Shown: piece by piece, positions 9,791 to 19,472 of the stretch
How positions within the stretch are numbered: position 1 is the stretch's first letter
How the letters are laid out: every line of letters starts with the position of its first letter
DNA from: Cenarchaeum sp.
GTDB lineage: Archaea; Thermoproteota; Nitrososphaeria; Nitrososphaerales; Nitrosopumilaceae
Direction: 5' to 3'
Assembly: GCA_965206845.1 (NCBI GenBank)
Contig: OZ242221.1
Location: 672,001 to 736,000 of the forward strand
Length of the DNA: 64,000 nt
The notes under the pieces: model-generated
The model's input: only the letters and a program-made list of their open reading frames with translations
Databases searched by the model: none
What the model was told of the DNA's origin: nothing
Translations under genes and position numbers: made by a program

Positions 9791-9821
9791 TATATAAGAT
9801 AATGTTGCTAGTTAACATTAT
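9791..9821 (+). promoter_or_regulatory. TATA box plus inverted-repeat operator in front of abiEi
   Basis: TATATAA at 9791-9797, then ATAATGTT-N7-AACATTAT at 9799-9821 overlapping the ATG at 9820. Confidence 0.6.
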
Positions 9822-10641
9822 GGTTACAAAGAATTTACACTTGGGACCCACAGAGCTGAGACTCCTGCTGGAGCTGGAAAAGGAAGAACGGCGCATCTTT
9901 GACACGGGGGATGCGAACCGGATTCTTGGAACCGGAAGGGACTCTGTAAATACGGCCCTCTACAGGCTCGGGAGAAAGGGCAGGGTAAAGAGGATAGAGC
10001 GCGGAAAGTACATTCTGGTTCCCGCAAGGGCGGGGTACGACGGCGGGTGGGCCGAGGTGTCTCCTCTCATCGCAAGCCGCCTAACGAAGCCGTACTACAT
10101 AGGGTTTGCATCCGCGCTAAACCACTGGGGCATGACGGAGCAGGTGCCGCGCTCCACGTACATCGCCACAACCAAGAGAAAGAGGAGAACGGAACACGCA
10201 TCCCTGAGGTTTGTCTTTGTTACCCTGACGGAAGACCATTTCTTTGGAAGTACCGAAGTGGCCATAGACGGGATGCCTGTCCGCGTATCCGACATGGAGA
10301 AGACGATAGTTGACTGTCTCCTGCATCCGGAGTACTGTGGAGGGCTTGACGAGGTCTCCAAGGGATTGTGGGAATCGTGGGAGGATCTGGACAAGGCCAA
10401 ACTGCTGGAGTATGCGGAGAGGACCGGTGTCGGGACCGTAAAGAGGAGACTCCTCTACCTGCTGGATGTCCTCAAACTGAACGATGCGGCAACGGAAGAT
10501 GCCTTGAAAGGGGTGCAAGGAATGAACGGCCGGGTGTGGCTTGATCCCATGTGGAGCAAGACCGCGCTCCGAATTTCCAAAAAGTACAACCTTATCATAA
10601 ACAGAAGCAGTGAATCGCTTACTAGATGGAGGGGATACTGA
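9820..10641 (+). CDS. abiEi: Type IV TA antitoxin, AbiEi-family transcriptional regulator
   Basis: N-terminal wHTH (RLGRKGRVKRIERGKY), PYYIGFASALNHWGMTEQVP, SDMEKTIVDCL..P.YCGG. Confidence 0.88.
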   Translation: MVTKNLHLGPTELRLLLELEKEERRIFDTGDANRILGTGRDSVNTALYRLGRKGRVKRIERGKYILVPARAGYDGGWAEVSPLIASRLTKPYYIGFASALNHWGMTEQVPRSTYIATTKRKRRTEHASLRFVFVTLTEDHFFGSTEVAIDGMPVRVSDMEKTIVDCLLHPEYCGGLDEVSKGLWESWEDLDKAKLLEYAERTGVGTVKRRLLYLLDVLKLNDAATEDALKGVQGMNGRVWLDPMWSKTALRISKKYNLIINRSSESLTRWRGY

Positions 10642-11430
10642 CTGATTAGCGGCAGTAGGATAAGAAGGATGGCCGGCGAGAGAGGCATCGATCCCTCAAT
10701 GCTGGAGAAGGACTACGTTCTGGGCTGGATCCTCTATGGAATCTCGGAAAGTTCGATCGGGCAGAGGCTCGCTTTCAAGGGAGGTACCGCCCTTTCCAAG
10801 GTATACTATCCCGGAGAATGGAGGTTCTCCGAGGATCTTGACTTTACCGCACTTGACAGCTCCGAGTGGGACAGAACTGCGGATGCCCTGGGGGGAGAGG
10901 TGCCGGAGAAGGTAAGGGAGTCGTCCGGGATGGAGATCGCTCTGAGGCCCAAACTGCACACCAATCCGAGATATCTCCAAGCAAGGATGCGGTACGTCGG
11001 ACCCATTGGTCGGGGCACGGCAAAGGTGGACATAACGAGGGAGGGGTTCTTGGGATCCGTGGAAGACGTCTCCGTTCCAGCAGCATTCGACTGTCCGGAA
11101 TTTACCGTCAGGGCCCATACTGTCGAAACCATACTGGCGGAGAAGATGCGCTCCATAATACAGCGGGGCCACGTCAGGGACTACTACGATGTGTGGAGGC
11201 TGCTGGGCGAGAGGCCAAGCCGAGGGGTGGCAGACATGTTCGTGAAAAAATGCAGGGCCGCAGGAGTAGACTATTCCGGTGTGGAACAGTTCTTTCCAGC
11301 GGACATAGAGGAGAACCTAAAGGCGTATGCAGATATTGGTCTTGCCAGACTCGCCGCGCATGATATGCCTTCCGTCGAAGAGATGCTGTCAGAGCTCAGG
11401 GCGTCACTTGAGAGGCTCCTGTCTGCTTGA
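10642..11430 (+). CDS. abiEii: Type IV TA toxin, AbiEii nucleotidyltransferase
   Basis: EKDYVL, FKGGTAL, RFSEDLDF, AEKMR and RDYYD motifs; start at CTG 10642 or ATG 10669. Confidence 0.92.
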   Translation: MISGSRIRRMAGERGIDPSMLEKDYVLGWILYGISESSIGQRLAFKGGTALSKVYYPGEWRFSEDLDFTALDSSEWDRTADALGGEVPEKVRESSGMEIALRPKLHTNPRYLQARMRYVGPIGRGTAKVDITREGFLGSVEDVSVPAAFDCPEFTVRAHTVETILAEKMRSIIQRGHVRDYYDVWRLLGERPSRGVADMFVKKCRAAGVDYSGVEQFFPADIEENLKAYADIGLARLAAHDMPSVEEMLSELRASLERLLSA

Positions 11431-11454
11431 AGGCGCCAGGACACATCCCGGGCG

Positions 11455-11469
11455 CGAATCCCATCAGAC
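11455..11469 (+). repeat. att-like direct repeat of the tRNA-Lys 3' part
   Basis: CGAATCCCATCAGAC is identical to 9230-9244. Confidence 0.7.
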
Positions 11470-11618
11470 TCATTTCCTGCCTTGCCTGTCCCAGACATGC
11501 CTCTGCCACACCCCATTCCGGGTCTCTCCGACTCCCGTTGCCCCTTGACGGTGGAGCCGGATTCGCAATATGTGATGCGGCCATGGTATAATAGCGCCGA
11601 AGGCGCATTTGATGGCAG

Positions 11619-12584
11619 TTGAAGATGGACTCTCCGACAGCGCTGGGAATCGCAGCGGCCGCAGTGTTGTGCACCTTTGCGGCATTCCTTGCGTACGGTT
11701 CGGGAGGCGTTCCAGATCATGTTCCACAGGAGGACGGGATCACCAAGGACGGGGAAGCGCTGCTCGCCATGGTAGAAATGGCGGACGCGTACAGGGACGG
11801 CGGGCAGGACGCGGCGGCAGAGGAGCAGGAAGAGGCGTTCCAGCAGAAGTTGGCGGAGGTCGCGCGCAATCGACTCGGCGTGGAAATATCGTCGGCAAAC
11901 GCCTATCTTTTCTTCCCGGATCTGCCGGATCCGGCGATGCGTCCCGGCCAGATCTGCGGCTCCGCGGCGGGCATACCGGCCCACCTTGAGAAGGTGCGCG
12001 GGGCCGGGTGGTTCATGGCGTACATGGAAAAGTACTCTTCCTATACGATCCAGATGCACCTGAACGACGAGCGGCCCGAGCTCGGGTTCCACTACGGGTT
12101 CACGGCGGCCTCCGGCGATGGCGAGCACGCCACCACGTACTTCCACGTGGACACATGCACCGGCGAGGTGATCGATCCGGACAGCTACCGGCTGACGTGC
12201 CGCGACGGAGGGAGCGACTATGTGCTCAGCACATCAAACTACGACGACACGGTAGCGAGCTTGGAACTGGAAGAGTTCTGCGACATACCGCTGGATCCGT
12301 GGCGCCAAGATCTGTACGATTACTCCGTAGAGGAAGGCGAGGCAGCATGGGATCTGCTCGCAGAAGATCCGGAAGACTACGAATCGTTCATAGCGCGCGA
12401 GCGAGAGTTCGACCAGCTCAACTTGCTGAGCGAACTGGCGCGCATGGCATACTCCAACAACTTCGGAGACGCGGAGATCCAAGAGCGCATGCTGGAATAC
12501 TGCGGCAGGTTCGGCCCCCTGCCGGAAGACTTGGCGGATCTCATGGAGGGCGGCGGACCAGGCAGGAGCCTGTCCGCGTGCTGA
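11619..12584 (+). CDS. Hypothetical exported or membrane-anchored acidic protein
   Basis: N-terminal hydrophobic segment, acidic body, several Cys; coding-like codon use. Confidence 0.7.
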   Translation: MKMDSPTALGIAAAAVLCTFAAFLAYGSGGVPDHVPQEDGITKDGEALLAMVEMADAYRDGGQDAAAEEQEEAFQQKLAEVARNRLGVEISSANAYLFFPDLPDPAMRPGQICGSAAGIPAHLEKVRGAGWFMAYMEKYSSYTIQMHLNDERPELGFHYGFTAASGDGEHATTYFHVDTCTGEVIDPDSYRLTCRDGGSDYVLSTSNYDDTVASLELEEFCDIPLDPWRQDLYDYSVEEGEAAWDLLAEDPEDYESFIAREREFDQLNLLSELARMAYSNNFGDAEIQERMLEYCGRFGPLPEDLADLMEGGGPGRSLSAC

Positions 12585-13407
12585 GGCGCGCCGGCACCCT
12601 GCCTGCACGGGACGGTGCCACCAATAGGCGGCACGATACCGGGCGGGCCACAACATCAGGCCCATTAAGCCGACGCTGTCGACACCCCGCCCGGAGGCGT
12701 CTTGTGCTGGAGCCTTGAAATTTCCCCGCATCCACGTGTGTGGCATGTAACAGGCGCACCAGGCCTCCTTTGCTCCGGGTCGTGGTGATCCGACCCGGAG
12801 CACATCTTGCATTAGACTCTATGCGCAGTGGCCAAAATGATCCGATCATTTTCCACGCATAGCAGAAGTTTTCACGAAAATGCAGATCCTCAGCCTTGAT
12901 CAACCGTTTCAGGCCAAGCCAGCCTCATACGAACCGAATGGATCAGGGCGCGACAGTGCCACTGCGTGACGCCTCGAAGCGGTGACGGGGATGGAGGCAG
13001 CAGCCCAAGACCGGAGTCTGGAAGCAGGTTCATGCCCGGCACCAGCGAGGAGAGGCTGGGGAGGATGGCTGGAAGGGAGAAGAATCCGCGCGCAAAGCTC
13101 AGGCTCTTGGCGTGCCGCCTGCTTTCCCTGTTGGGCCGCGTGGTGCAGGGATTTGCATGCGGCACGCCGGGTACGAGAAGGCGCCGTTCCCGCATCCCCA
13201 GGCGTCAGGCAGGAAACAACAGCCTGTATTCGGCGCAGATTCGCTACCGGACAAGGAATGGAACCCATTCGCGCGGAAGGGATCGCAGACGGAGCCGGCA
13301 ACCCCAGACAGGCCTCGATAACGCAAAGGAGCCCACGAAAGCCCGGATTCCCTGCAGTGGGGTGTCCGCTGGCACGGCCGATGGCGCCGGTTCCGCAGTA
13401 CCGCCGG

Positions 13408-14334
13408 CTACCTTGAGACCAGGCATCCGAGCCTGTATATGTTGGCAAGGACATCGCCGGCGATGATCACCGCCGGTGTGACCGCGCCATTCTTCTCCAT
13501 CAGCCCCGGAACCAGCAGGGCCTTGTCCTCAAGCCTGTCGATGGCGGATTCGGCCGGATTCCCGGGCGTTCCGAACCTGTTGCCAAGATCCAGGTGCCTT
13601 GCCGTTCCGCCCAACTCGACGACCTGCCTCAGGCATTCCCTCTCGTCGTTGGGGAGGCCCTGCACGATCGCGCGCAGCCTGTCGGATAAGAGCAGGGACG
13701 AGACCGCCCTAGCCTTCTCCGTCATGCTCATGCCGGCGTGGTCTATGTTCAGGCAAGCGCACATGGAGGTGATCGAGTCTTGCGGGCAGTCCCTGATCAT
13801 GGAGTGGATCCCGTAGATCCGTCCGCCCGGGCGCGAGAGCACGGTGACCGGCTCTATGAACACCTCCCCGCACATGGTGTGGGTTCCGTCCGCATCCCAC
13901 GGATGCATTAGCCCCGTAAAGAACGATCCCTCCTCCAGGGCCTCGATCTCCGGCAGCAGCCGGATTCTGTACGTTCCGCCCCCGCTGGTGGACGCTGCCG
14001 TGATGGTCTTGGCATCCATGTGCAGCACTACAAAGCGGTCATAGGCCATCTCCTTTGCCTGGAGCAGCTTTGGCGCAAGATCCCCGTCGTCCACGAACCT
14101 CTCCACGAACTCGTCTAGAATGGTGGTTCCCGTCCGAGGGTTGACCTGCTTGCAGGCAAACCAGATTGACACCTGGCTGTACCTGCGCTCCTCGTTATCG
14201 TCGTTGATGGTGTAGGGGTACTCCGGGATGGCCTTCGTTATGACGTCGTCGTAGTTCCAGAGCGCGAAGTTCAGGAGGCGGTCGAGAAAGTTCTCCTCGG
14301 TAACCTCCAGATACTGCCGTATCCTTGATAGCAT
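13408..14334 (-). CDS. Hypothetical protein, paralog of 14610-15158 with an extra C-terminal helical/wHTH-like domain
   Basis: Shares WF..KQ..P.TG.T.LDEFVERFV and GL.HPW...GTH..CG with the neighbour; probable ATG 14334. Confidence 0.7.
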   Translation of the reverse strand: MLSRIRQYLEVTEENFLDRLLNFALWNYDDVITKAIPEYPYTINDDNEERRYSQVSIWFACKQVNPRTGTTILDEFVERFVDDGDLAPKLLQAKEMAYDRFVVLHMDAKTITAASTSGGGTYRIRLLPEIEALEEGSFFTGLMHPWDADGTHTMCGEVFIEPVTVLSRPGGRIYGIHSMIRDCPQDSITSMCACLNIDHAGMSMTEKARAVSSLLLSDRLRAIVQGLPNDERECLRQVVELGGTARHLDLGNRFGTPGNPAESAIDRLEDKALLVPGLMEKNGAVTPAVIIAGDVLANIYRLGCLVSR

Positions 14335-14609
14335 TTGATTTCTGTCAGGCACTGCGCAAGCATGCTTTGAGCCCATCAATAACTTTTGCCGCGCCATCGT
14401 GGCGGCAGGCCGCGCGGGAACTCTGGCACCGAGCCCCGCGCCGTCTTTCGGATACGGAGTCGGATCGCGCATGCCCAAACCGGCGGGAGGCTGCCGGATC
14501 GCGCCAGCCGGGAGCCCGGGGCACGGCCAGTCGGGTCACCGTAGGGCGCCGGCCGCCGCCTCCCGCTCCACACACAGTTGGATCCCCTGCTGACACTCCG
14601 GTCGGCCTC

Positions 14610-15158
14610 TCAGAACCGCCGCGCATCCCTGCGATCGGGGGGCATGACAACAGTGAGTATGCCGCACGCCTTGTGCGTCCCGTTCTTCATCCACGGGTGT
14701 ATCAGTCCAAAGATGGTGGTTCCGCGCGTGTACCTGTCGGCAGCCATCTTGCTGACCATTATCTTGTACGTTCTGCGCCTCTTCTCAGCCCTTGCGACGA
14801 TGACCCTATACATCCTGATCTCGTTGTCGTCCCCGATGACTCTGATCTTCTTGCCCTTCGTCTCCAGTACGTGGAAGGCGTCGTAGAAGAGATCCTTTAT
14901 CTGCAGGATCTTTGCCGCGAGCTTTTCGTCTCTCACGAACCTCTCGACGAACTCGTCGAGCACCGTCTCTCCCGTCTCCGGCCTGATCTGCTTGTAGGCA
15001 AACCACGTGATGAACTGCTTGTACGCCAGCAGATCGTCGTCAAATTCGAGGCTGTACGGGCACTTGCCGCACCAGTCAGCCATGGTGTCGCCGTAGACCG
15101 CCAGCGCATAGTCGTGGACATGCTGCTCAAGGTTCCCCTCCGTAATCTTTGGAATCAT
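14610..15158 (-). CDS. Hypothetical protein, paralog of 13408-14334
   Basis: Same shared motifs; coding-like GC3 bias. Confidence 0.7.
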   Translation of the reverse strand: MIPKITEGNLEQHVHDYALAVYGDTMADWCGKCPYSLEFDDDLLAYKQFITWFAYKQIRPETGETVLDEFVERFVRDEKLAAKILQIKDLFYDAFHVLETKGKKIRVIGDDNEIRMYRVIVARAEKRRRTYKIMVSKMAADRYTRGTTIFGLIHPWMKNGTHKACGILTVVMPPDRRDARRF

Positions 15159-15209
15159 GCCGCACCTCCGGACTCCACAGAAATATCTTTTTGCACCTGC
15201 TCGGCTGTG

Positions 15210-16245
15210 TGTAGTATATGGAAGTTATGTCCGCTAGTCATTGGAGCCTGCCTCCATCCATTTTGGGTCTTTTTTCCTGATCGCTTCTGTTGCCTTTTTG
15301 GTAAAGAACGCCTTGAGTGGGGTCTCATAGTTGTCGATGTCCAACGAAAAGTGTAGTCTTCTCTCGTTGTAGTACTTGATATAACTGGACAGGCTCTCGT
15401 AGTGAAAGATCTCCCCTATGCTTCTGTGGAACCGTTCCAGCTTGCCGTTTGCCTGCGGGTGGTACGGTCTGGAGTTGATCAGCTCGATGCCCCTGTCCAG
15501 GAGCTCGCTCTCAAACGCGGTCGGCTGCCAGGATCTTTTTGGCTCCTTTCTGCGAACACCGACAAAACAGGACCCGTTGTCCGAGAGTATCGTGGCCGGG
15601 GTTCCGACACTTTTAATTGCCTGCCGGAGCACTGCCACGGCGTTCTCCGATGTGGCCTCCGTGAACAGGGCTGCCCCGGTCACGCGCCTGGAAGCATCGT
15701 CAAGAAACGTTATCAAATTGAGTCCTCTGAAGCGTGGATCCTTCATTATGTGCCAGTCCGTATGCCACATGGAGTTGGAGTGCCTCCTCTCGTAGCGTAT
15801 CCATTTTCTCTTTCTGGACTTTACAGCCGACGGGGTCACCAGTCCGTTCCCCTTCATTATCCTGCATATGCTGCTGTAGCTTATAACGTGGTCTTTCCGC
15901 AGGCGCCTCGCCATGCGCAGCACGCCGGCCGGCTCCCGCTTGTGCTCCTCAAGCACCATCCGTATCTCGTCCGTGGTGGGCTGCACTGGCTTCCTTCCCG
16001 GGCGACGCGGCACATGCGGGGTGCCCGTCCTGCAGAACCCGGCCCACAGCCTCCTGACATGCTGGGCGTCACACCCAGTTCTGATGCCATCGTGGACGCG
16101 CTTTTGCCCTTCTTGCGCCGTCTTATCGCGTATCGTATGGCATCCGCCGTCAGTCGCTTTACCACTTCTTTTTTGATCGGTAAGGGGCAAAGTAATCCTT
16201 TACGCTACGCCTGATCTTAGGCGGACATAATTGTCGTACAATAGA
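15210..16245 (-). mobile_element. IS481-family element with frameshifted transposase (15234-16165)
   Basis: Ends TGTAGTATATGGAAGTTATGTCCGC / TCTATTGTACGACAATTATGTCCGC; WHTDW, DDASR, SDNG and GKLERF rve motifs; HTH frame breaks near 16062 (ELGVTP / HVRRLW). Confidence 0.88.
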
Positions 16246-16256
16246 GCTTGGTGTAA

Positions 16257-16289
16257 TTTTCTTGGAACGAACTTTGGCGTGTCGCTATA
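16257..16289 (-). mobile_element. Orphan IS630-type terminal repeat
   Basis: Reverse complement of 16257-16287 is identical to 5027-5057. Confidence 0.7.
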
Positions 16290-16329
16290 GTTCCATCACC
16301 CGCGTTTTACGAAGAACCTCATTGCCTGT

Positions 16330-16539
16330 TTAACTGCCAGATGGCCCCTTACCTCTCTTGCCAAATTTCATCTTTATGGCAATAGCTGGTATTACAAAGA
16401 GTGCCATCAGAGCCACAAAGGTGAGAAAAGTATGAGCACCCCTTACACCATCGATCAGAGCAACAACCACTCCAACAGAGAGCAGCAAGATAGCCAGCAA
16501 AATAAGAAAAACAGCTCTCGGACTCATCCTTTTAACCAT
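16330..16539 (-). CDS. Small two-helix membrane protein
   Basis: Two hydrophobic stretches and a basic tail; AT-rich. Confidence 0.5.
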   Translation of the reverse strand: MVKRMSPRAVFLILLAILLLSVGVVVALIDGVRGAHTFLTFVALMALFVIPAIAIKMKFGKRGKGPSGS

Positions 16540-16851
16540 CCTTCCTACGATTCGCCTGTTATTCTGTTTTGTTATTTTTTGGGGCTGTCAAGATGCAGGT
16601 GCATGGATCAAGGTGTTGAACCGGGTGCATGACGGAGTCCTTTCGGGCCACGCGGGAGAGCGAACATGACGGTGTATACCGCCACATCTCCAGGGCGCAA
16701 AGCCCGCATTACTTTGCTAGCTGAGCAGGGTGTCGATCCAGCTAGGGTGGAGAAATAGTAAGAATGCTGCCGGACGCTTCAACCGCACTTACCGCATCCA
16801 GGCATTCCTCCGGCATCCTCAATCACATCTGTGACAGCTCGTCCGATCTGC

Positions 16852-18315
16852 CTATCCAACCAGCTGGCTTACGGCAGACGAGAGATCTGCCAGGGCACCT
16901 GCCACGTGGTCGCTGCGCCTGCGCACCTCCTCCTGGTGGACCTTGACGCGTCCGAGCCTGTCCTGTATCATGCGCTTCTGCTCTGCAAACCCGGAAGATC
17001 CCTCGGATATCCTGTCTTCCAGTGACGACGATACGGTTGTCGATGCTGCGATCTGGAGTATGGCCTGCGGATCTGCGCCCGTGCCGTCTACTGCCTCCCG
17101 GATCTCCTGCAGGGACAGACCAGATAGATCTTTCTTTAGCGCCACTGCCTTCTGCACCAGCAGGCCCGTCACCCTGTGGGCAAGTCTGAAGGGCATTCCC
17201 TGCAGTACCATCTTCTCTGCAACGTCCAGTGCGACCAGGTGGCCCCCCCTTGCGGCCCTCTGCATGCCCTCTTCATTGACCGTCATGCCGGTGAGCGCAG
17301 ACCCCACCAGAATTACGGCGTGCGTGGCAGCATCTGATGAGCTCCACACCCGGGACTTGATCTGCTGCAGGTCGCGCCCGTACCCGGTGGCGAGCCCCTT
17401 GGTGGACGCAAGGACGGTCACCAGGTTCCCGATGACCTCGGATGCCTTTGCCCTTGTGAGCTCCAGCATGTCCGGGTTCTTCTTCTGGGGCATAATGCTT
17501 GACGGGGACGCAGACTCGTCTGACAGCTCGATAAAGGAGAACTCCGAGGAGGACCATATCACCAGATCCTCAGACAGTCGGCTCAGGCCCGTCATCAGGA
17601 CTGCCAGGGCCGCCACATACTCGGCCGCAAAGTCCCTGGAGCTGGTGGCGTCAATCGAGTTCTCCACCAGCCCGTCAAATCCCAGCAGCTCCGCGGTACG
17701 CCTCCTGTCTATGCGGATGCTGGTTCCGCCCACCGGCCCGGCGCCCAGCGGGCTTTTGTTGATCCTGCCGTATACGGAGTGCAGCCTGTCCATGTCCCGG
17801 AGCAGCACATCTGCCTGCGCCAGAAGGTAATGGGACAGGGTTCCTGCCTGAGCCTGCTGCAGGTGCGTGTACAGCGGCATTATGCTCCTCTGGTGCCTCT
17901 CCGCCAACGAGAGCAGGGAATCTACGGTATCGGCCAGGCAGGCGCACAGCGTATTGATGTCATCCCGGATCTTCATCCGCATGTCAAGGGCCACCTGGTC
18001 GTTCCGGGAGCGGGCGGTGTGCATCTTGCCGCCGCTCTGCATTCCTGCCTTTTTGATTACTGCCGCCTCGATATACTCGTGGATGTCCTCTGCGCCGGTA
18101 TCGCCATCCGTGCCGACGCCCTTCAGGCCCTCCAGCGCCGCAAGAATTCCTGCCGCCTCGTTCCTGGATATGATGCCGCCCTCGCAGAGCATCACCACAT
18201 GCGCCTGGCTTCCAAGGATGTCGTACAGTGCGATCGCCTCGTCCTCGGACATTGAAGAGACATATCTGAGAATCACATCATCCAGACTGCCTGCAAGTCG
18301 GGAACGATACACCAC
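16852..18315 (-). CDS. argH: Argininosuccinate lyase
   Basis: HTARSRNDQVA, YTHLQQAQ and SSIMPQKKNPD motifs. Confidence 0.96.
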   Translation of the reverse strand: MVYRSRLAGSLDDVILRYVSSMSEDEAIALYDILGSQAHVVMLCEGGIISRNEAAGILAALEGLKGVGTDGDTGAEDIHEYIEAAVIKKAGMQSGGKMHTARSRNDQVALDMRMKIRDDINTLCACLADTVDSLLSLAERHQRSIMPLYTHLQQAQAGTLSHYLLAQADVLLRDMDRLHSVYGRINKSPLGAGPVGGTSIRIDRRRTAELLGFDGLVENSIDATSSRDFAAEYVAALAVLMTGLSRLSEDLVIWSSSEFSFIELSDESASPSSIMPQKKNPDMLELTRAKASEVIGNLVTVLASTKGLATGYGRDLQQIKSRVWSSSDAATHAVILVGSALTGMTVNEEGMQRAARGGHLVALDVAEKMVLQGMPFRLAHRVTGLLVQKAVALKKDLSGLSLQEIREAVDGTGADPQAILQIAASTTVSSSLEDRISEGSSGFAEQKRMIQDRLGRVKVHQEEVRRRSDHVAGALADLSSAVSQLVG

Positions 18316-18362
18316 TTAACCTCTAAAATGGTTTTATATATAGCATATACGCCCTGACGCGC

Positions 18363-18683
18363 ATGTCACAGGAGACAAGACAGCTGAAGATGAAGATCTT
18401 CGACGAGCTCTCCAAGATCGTCGACCCCGAGATAAACACCCCGATCACAGATCTGGAGCTCATCGACGAGGTCGACATAGACGGATCCAGCATCAAGGTT
18501 GACCTGCACCTCACCAGCCCGTTCTGCCCGGCGGTGTTCGGATTTAAGATATGCCAGGACGTCCACGACAACCTGCTGGGCGTCGATGGGATCGACGATG
18601 TTCAGGTAAACGTGTCAAACCACTTTATGGCAGAGCAGATAAACAACCAGGTAAACAACAGCCCGAATCCGAAGAAGAAGTAA
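18363..18683 (+). CDS. DUF59/SufT-like Fe-S cluster assembly protein
   Basis: VDPEI...LELI...LTSPFCP motif. Confidence 0.88.
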   Translation: MSQETRQLKMKIFDELSKIVDPEINTPITDLELIDEVDIDGSSIKVDLHLTSPFCPAVFGFKICQDVHDNLLGVDGIDDVQVNVSNHFMAEQINNQVNNSPNPKKK

Positions 18684-18686
18684 ACC

Positions 18687-19472
18687 CTATCTGAATCCCA
18701 AAAGGTATCCCCGAAGCAGCTGTATTCCCATTGCCGGATCAACCCCCTTGGGGCACACCTGGCTGCACGAGCCTGCAAAGTGGCACCGCCATATACCGTG
18801 GGAGTCGTCTATGATCCTCAGCCGCTGATCCTTTCCCTTGTCGCGGTTGTCCGCCACGTAGCGGTACGCCTGCGCAAGCGCCTGCGGCCCGACAAACGCA
18901 GAATCCGTGGTCATTGTGGGGCACGCCGAGTTGCACAGGCCGCACTTGATGCATCCTGCAAACTGCACAAACTTTTCGTACTCCTCAGGAGTCTGCAGGG
19001 TCTCCTTTGCGCCCTGCGGCAGTTCGGCATCATCAGATATGACATAGGGCTTGATCTTTTTGTGGCTGGCAAAGAGCCTGTCAAAGCCCACCGTCAGATC
19101 CCGGATTATGGGAAAGTTGTTCATGGGCTCCACCGTAACCACGTCGGAGTTCAGCTCGTCCACCTTGGTAAAGCACGCAAGGCGCGGCCTGCCGTTTATC
19201 ACCATGCCGCACGAGCCGCATGTGGCCTGCCTGCACGAGTACCTCACCGCCACCGAGTGATCCAGGTACTTCTTTACCTCCAGTATGGCATCAAGTACCG
19301 TGGTCCACTTCTCCACATGCACGTCATACTCTGCAAAGCTCTTCTTGGAGTCGACGCTGGGATTGTACCTTGCTATGCGCAACACGACGACGCGCGAGGA
19401 GGAAGACGCCGCTTCTGACCTGGCTGCCGGATGAGCCACCGGTGACCGCGTCGGCACTATGGCTACGTTCAT
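18687..19472 (-). CDS. sdhB: Succinate dehydrogenase iron-sulfur subunit
   Basis: SCRQATCGSC, CIKCGLCNSACP and CHFAGSCSQVCP clusters. Confidence 0.95.
   Translation of the reverse strand: MNVAIVPTRSPVAHPAARSEAASSSSRVVVLRIARYNPSVDSKKSFAEYDVHVEKWTTVLDAILEVKKYLDHSVAVRYSCRQATCGSCGMVINGRPRLACFTKVDELNSDVVTVEPMNNFPIIRDLTVGFDRLFASHKKIKPYVISDDAELPQGAKETLQTPEEYEKFVQFAGCIKCGLCNSACPTMTTDSAFVGPQALAQAYRYVADNRDKGKDQRLRIIDDSHGIWRCHFAGSCSQVCPKGVDPAMGIQLLRGYLLGFR

Noticed and set aside
9505-9819. Long Cys-rich N-terminal extension of AbiEi
   Set aside because: The TATA box and operator directly precede ATG 9820; the upstream frame is chance
12890-13466. Several overlapping Arg/Pro/Gly-rich ORFs
   Set aside because: Typical high-GC spurious ORFs with no motifs
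16670-16681. CGGTGTATACCG resembling abutted IS630 ends
   Set aside because: Similarity to the TIRs stops after about 5 bp on each side
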